64,000 bases of DNA from Callorhinchus milii (lineage: Eukaryota). A program made the translations under genes and the position numbers. The DNA lies in assembly GCF_018977255.1 (NCBI RefSeq), contig NW_024704756.1:14076001-14140000 (forward strand), in the 5' to 3' direction. The notes beneath the pieces are model-generated. The model ran no database searches and was not told the DNA's origin. It saw only the letters and a program-made list of their open reading frames with translations. The first letter of the stretch is position 1, and each line of letters begins with the position of its first letter. Positions 60,760 to 64,000 of this stretch are shown piece by piece.

Positions 60760-61117
60760 TATAATAATAATCTTTGCATTTGGTGTAGCTCCTCATCACA
60801 TTGTTGAGACATCTTAAAGCGTTTCACAGAATATATTGTAAAGTGAATTAATCGACTGTGTATTTTGTGGGCAAAACACGGCAGCCAATTGTGAACAGCA
60901 ATGTCCCACAAACTGTCGTGGATTGAGTGACCACATTTTTTTTGGAAGGATTATTACCCCCGGAAAACAATCTGTGAATTGGGGGTTCCTACTTACTGCT
61001 AGGTAAACAGAGATGTGTGGAGTAAGGAAACTCGCCTCAGGTTTTGCTCTGCCCGGAATCGAACCTGAGTCCTCTCGCTTGCGAGGCGAGTGCTCTAACC
61101 ACGACACTGCAGGTCTC
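60760..61117 (-). mobile_element. Full-length SINE, longer-middle variant
   Basis: Same head and tail, plus an extra ~45-nt internal segment CTCTGTTTACCTAGCAGTAAGTAGGAACC... Confidence 0.88.
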
Positions 61118-61204
61118 CAAATCATAATAACACGCCAACTTAGAAGCATTTTAAGAGTGTAACACACAACCTTGGGATTCTGGCAATTGTATATTCATTG
61201 CCAT

Positions 61205-61345
61205 GACCTGAGATCACTGGATACTAATCAGGAGTTGGAACCCTGGATAATGTTTCTCCTCCATAAACTGGCGATGGGTGTAGTGGGGGAGGTGGTTGAG
61301 GCCAATCATGGAGCCCTAGTCCTGCTTGAGTTGCATCAGCTATTA
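61205..61345 (-). mobile_element. AmnSINE2-like fragment
   Basis: TCACTGGATACTAATCAGGAGTTGGAACCCTGG..GAGGCCAAT..ATCAGCTA is homologous to 5690-5985. Other pieces at 7835-7935 (+), 46110-46200, 52220-52300 and 52620-52735 (-). Confidence 0.55.
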
Positions 61346-64000
61346 GTACAAAACTTCTGGGTCAGTTTTCACTCTAGGCTTTATGAGTAACTGAGTTATC
61401 AAAGGGAACCTAATAGGGCCTCTTTAAAACCAGTTTTCTCTCTATCTTTCTCTCCCCCTCCCCCCAGCAAAAAAACACATTTGCATCCATTCAGCCTTCG
61501 AAAATCTCGTTTGATTATTTCATTTAATGTGGATTAAGACCTGTAATTTAATTCTTGCTAATTGGAGGGGCTGGTTTGGAATAGTCAGCGAACGAGCACA
61601 AGAAAGCTCTCCTGAGCCAGTCCTTGTCACTGGAGAGAGGAGTCAGGACAATTAAGACAGATGAAAAGCAGAGACTTGGGGCTGCCCATTGTTTGCCTCT
61701 TCAAGAGTTCCAGGAAGCAAACAACAAGACTCCCAAATTTATCCCAATGGAGGTTAAAGAGGCAATTATCTATCGCTAACTAGCTTTGCATTAATTCCCA
61801 TTGAAGATGACAGGTGATTGGGAACTCAGGCAAAGGAACACAGAGGATTAGATTGTTTGTTAACTGCTGGAATGTAATTATTGCAATAAGAGGAAAGCAG
61901 AGGGGGAGCCCTAACTGTTGAAAACAAATCAAAAGAAGGAAGGTAGCCTGCTGATTATTCGCCATTGTCATTCCCAGACCCCACTTTTTGCTGTTTTTTT
62001 AAAAAAAAGTCCTTTTGAAGTCTTTTATTCTTTCTGCCATAGTTGGTGGCATAAACAAGGTGAAGCCAGAGTCTACTCACACTTATAATTGGTGCCAAAA
62101 GCAGTCGTGTCCTATTGGAGAGAGGCAGTGAGGAGTGGGGCAGTCAATGCTATAGGTTTGATGAATTTGAAATGAAAATAGAAAACACAAGGCCATCAAT
62201 TTCCAAATGATTATAATTTGGGAAATAACTATTTGAAAATAGATCGGTTGAAGGAGTTTAATCCTTCCAAGACTATTCAAAGTAAGAAGTAAGGCTTTAA
62301 AAGCCTTCAGAAAAGACCCCAGTTGTGTGGATCACTGTACCTCAGAGATTACCTTTGATGTCACTGATGGAGGTCTGTGTTTACAAATGACCATCTCTGC
62401 TCCACAAATCCTAAAGTCTTAATGATGTGGAAACTTTCGTTTGCATGCTGTGTGCGCTGGAGGATTTCTGTGAACAAGATACTTCAGTTTCCAATTAATC
62501 TCCTGTTACACCCACACTCACAAAACCACCGGTTGGTTACAAGGGAAGTGATAAAACCTGCATTAATAATTCCACGGCCCGAAGTGTTCTTGGCCTTTTC
62601 ATATTTGTAGTCGGGTTCCACCGAGAGGCCACGGAGGAGACAAATGAATCATTACTGACCATTATCATGCACCTTTTGGAAAGAGTTTCTAATCCCCAGG
62701 GGCTCTGGGCTAAAGGAGTCTTTGTGCTGCTTGTGAAGAGCCGAGCCTTGCTCTGTGAGCAAGACTGTGTCAAGAGTCAACGAGACTGTTGACTTGGTCA
62801 GCTCAGCATTGTCTTTGCCTTTTAAAAAAAGACAAGACAGTTTTTGTTTTTTGACATGAGGAATTAATGCATGTAGTCGTTGAGTTTTATTTATATATTT
62901 ATATATATATAAAAAAAGCCTCCCTTTCCTTTCTATTGACAAAAAAGCATTTTTTTCCCCTGTCAGAGAAAATATTTTGGGGGAAACCAAGTCTGGCTTT
63001 TCTCCGTCGGTGTAGATTTCCAGCTGCTTTTCCTTACTTTAAATTATTTTTTTTGCGGTTTGTGTTGATTTTTTTTTGGCCGAGGGGTTTTAAGTTTCAG
63101 TTTTCGCACTCACTAATCTACATGTTTTCTCCAGTGCACGGCAATTAAATAGGAGGTGAAGCATTAAGTGCTCCTGACAGATTAAGGCAACAGGAGGAAA
63201 TACAGTGACAGGATGCCTTTCAAGAAGATCCTTTCAAGAACAAATTAGATAGATTTCTGTTAGGAAATAATATCTCGGGATACAGTATATAGTTTGGGAC
63301 GTGACATGTGCAAACGACTGCCAGGATGGTGGAAGGCAAACTGGATGGGAGTTTATACTATAATAATATATAATATAATAATCCTTGCATTTGATATAGC
63401 ACTTTTCACGTCTTCTAGTTGTTTCAAAGTGCTTCACAGAATATACTGTAAAGTGAATTGACTATATAATTGTGGGCGAAACGCGGCAGCCAATTGCGCA
63501 CAGCAGTGTCCCACTGCAATCCAAATACAATCATTTTGTCTCCACTGATGTTATATGTGATGCAATCTGACCGAACTTGCTCAATTGGAGTTTTTAAAAA
63601 TAAAACATATTCAAGTGAGTTTTGAAGGGCGAGGATCGGTGGCATTTGGCTGCAATGTCTATTGCTTAGTTGAAACACAATAAATACTATTCCCATAAAG
63701 GTCTGATGCCCTGTTTCTGTCCCTGCTTGTAATTTTCACTTGTTATGAACTTCTGGCACAAACACAGCAACTTGGGAGAAATAAACAGCGGAATGTTACT
63801 TTATTTTATTTGTGGTGAGAGAGGAGATTTCTATCAGCCTCACATAAACACCTTTTGTGATTCTGCGAATTGAAAATGGAAATTAAAAGTCAGCACGTCT
63901 TTTAATTTAATACCTTCCTCGAGTACGAACTCTGGGCAATCTGTAAGGATATAAAGAGAAACTGCGAATGATTGAATTCAGGAAAAGGTAGGCACTTAAC

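Larger units (their letters stand above)
13020..63515. mobile_element. Further 5'-truncated copies of the (ATT)n SINE family (dispersed; interval is the span only)
   Basis: Approximate copies on +: 13020-13255, 14073-14180, 21225-21302, 27025-27142, 30085-30475, 44225-44343, 47140-47255, 48750-48860, 51815-51925, 58165-58200. On -: 13980-14015, 18805-18870, 20736-20935, 31248-31350, 43342-43455, 48880-48960, 52320-52470, 56673-56815, 60053-60160, 63370-63513. All share the ATCAAATGCAAGGATTATT-type tail. Confidence 0.85.

Noticed and set aside
1..64000. CRISPR array or prokaryotic operon-like system
   Set aside because: Recurring 30-40 bp motifs are dispersed SINE/L2 tails on both strands with irregular spacing; the sequence is spliced vertebrate DNA.

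Overview
Eukaryotic (vertebrate) genomic DNA, AT-rich and repeat-rich. The repeat set (tRNA-derived Deu-type SINEs with L2-derived tails, L2 and CR1 LINE 3' fragments, AmnSINE2-like relics) points to a cartilaginous fish, possibly a chimaera; this is inference. Two convergent protein-coding genes can be built by hand. (1) A single-coding-exon C11orf87-like small membrane protein on + (33270-33560, 96 aa), with a probable non-coding first exon near 28.8-29.0 kb and polyA near 34.73 kb. (2) A C8orf48 (DUF4606)-like gene on - with five coding exons (48708-40207, 305 aa, all GT-AG with consistent phases) and a CpG/GC-rich 5' region at 50.5-51.8 kb containing an RFX X-box. No other coding exons were found in 1-28 kb or 52-64 kb, which hold TEs and enhancer-like unique blocks. 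Main points of interest: an intron-containing form of a gene recalled as intronless in human; a possible C11orf87 ohnolog; a recursive-splice-like exon; an R4/Dong RLE-endonuclease relic; a MITE whose inverted repeat extends into flanking SINE DNA; a templated-insertion deletion scar; a SINE structural series with L2 tail swapping; and a 55-nt G:U-rich hairpin. Homology calls rest on recalled sequences, not database searches. No prokaryotic-type system (CRISPR, operon) is present.
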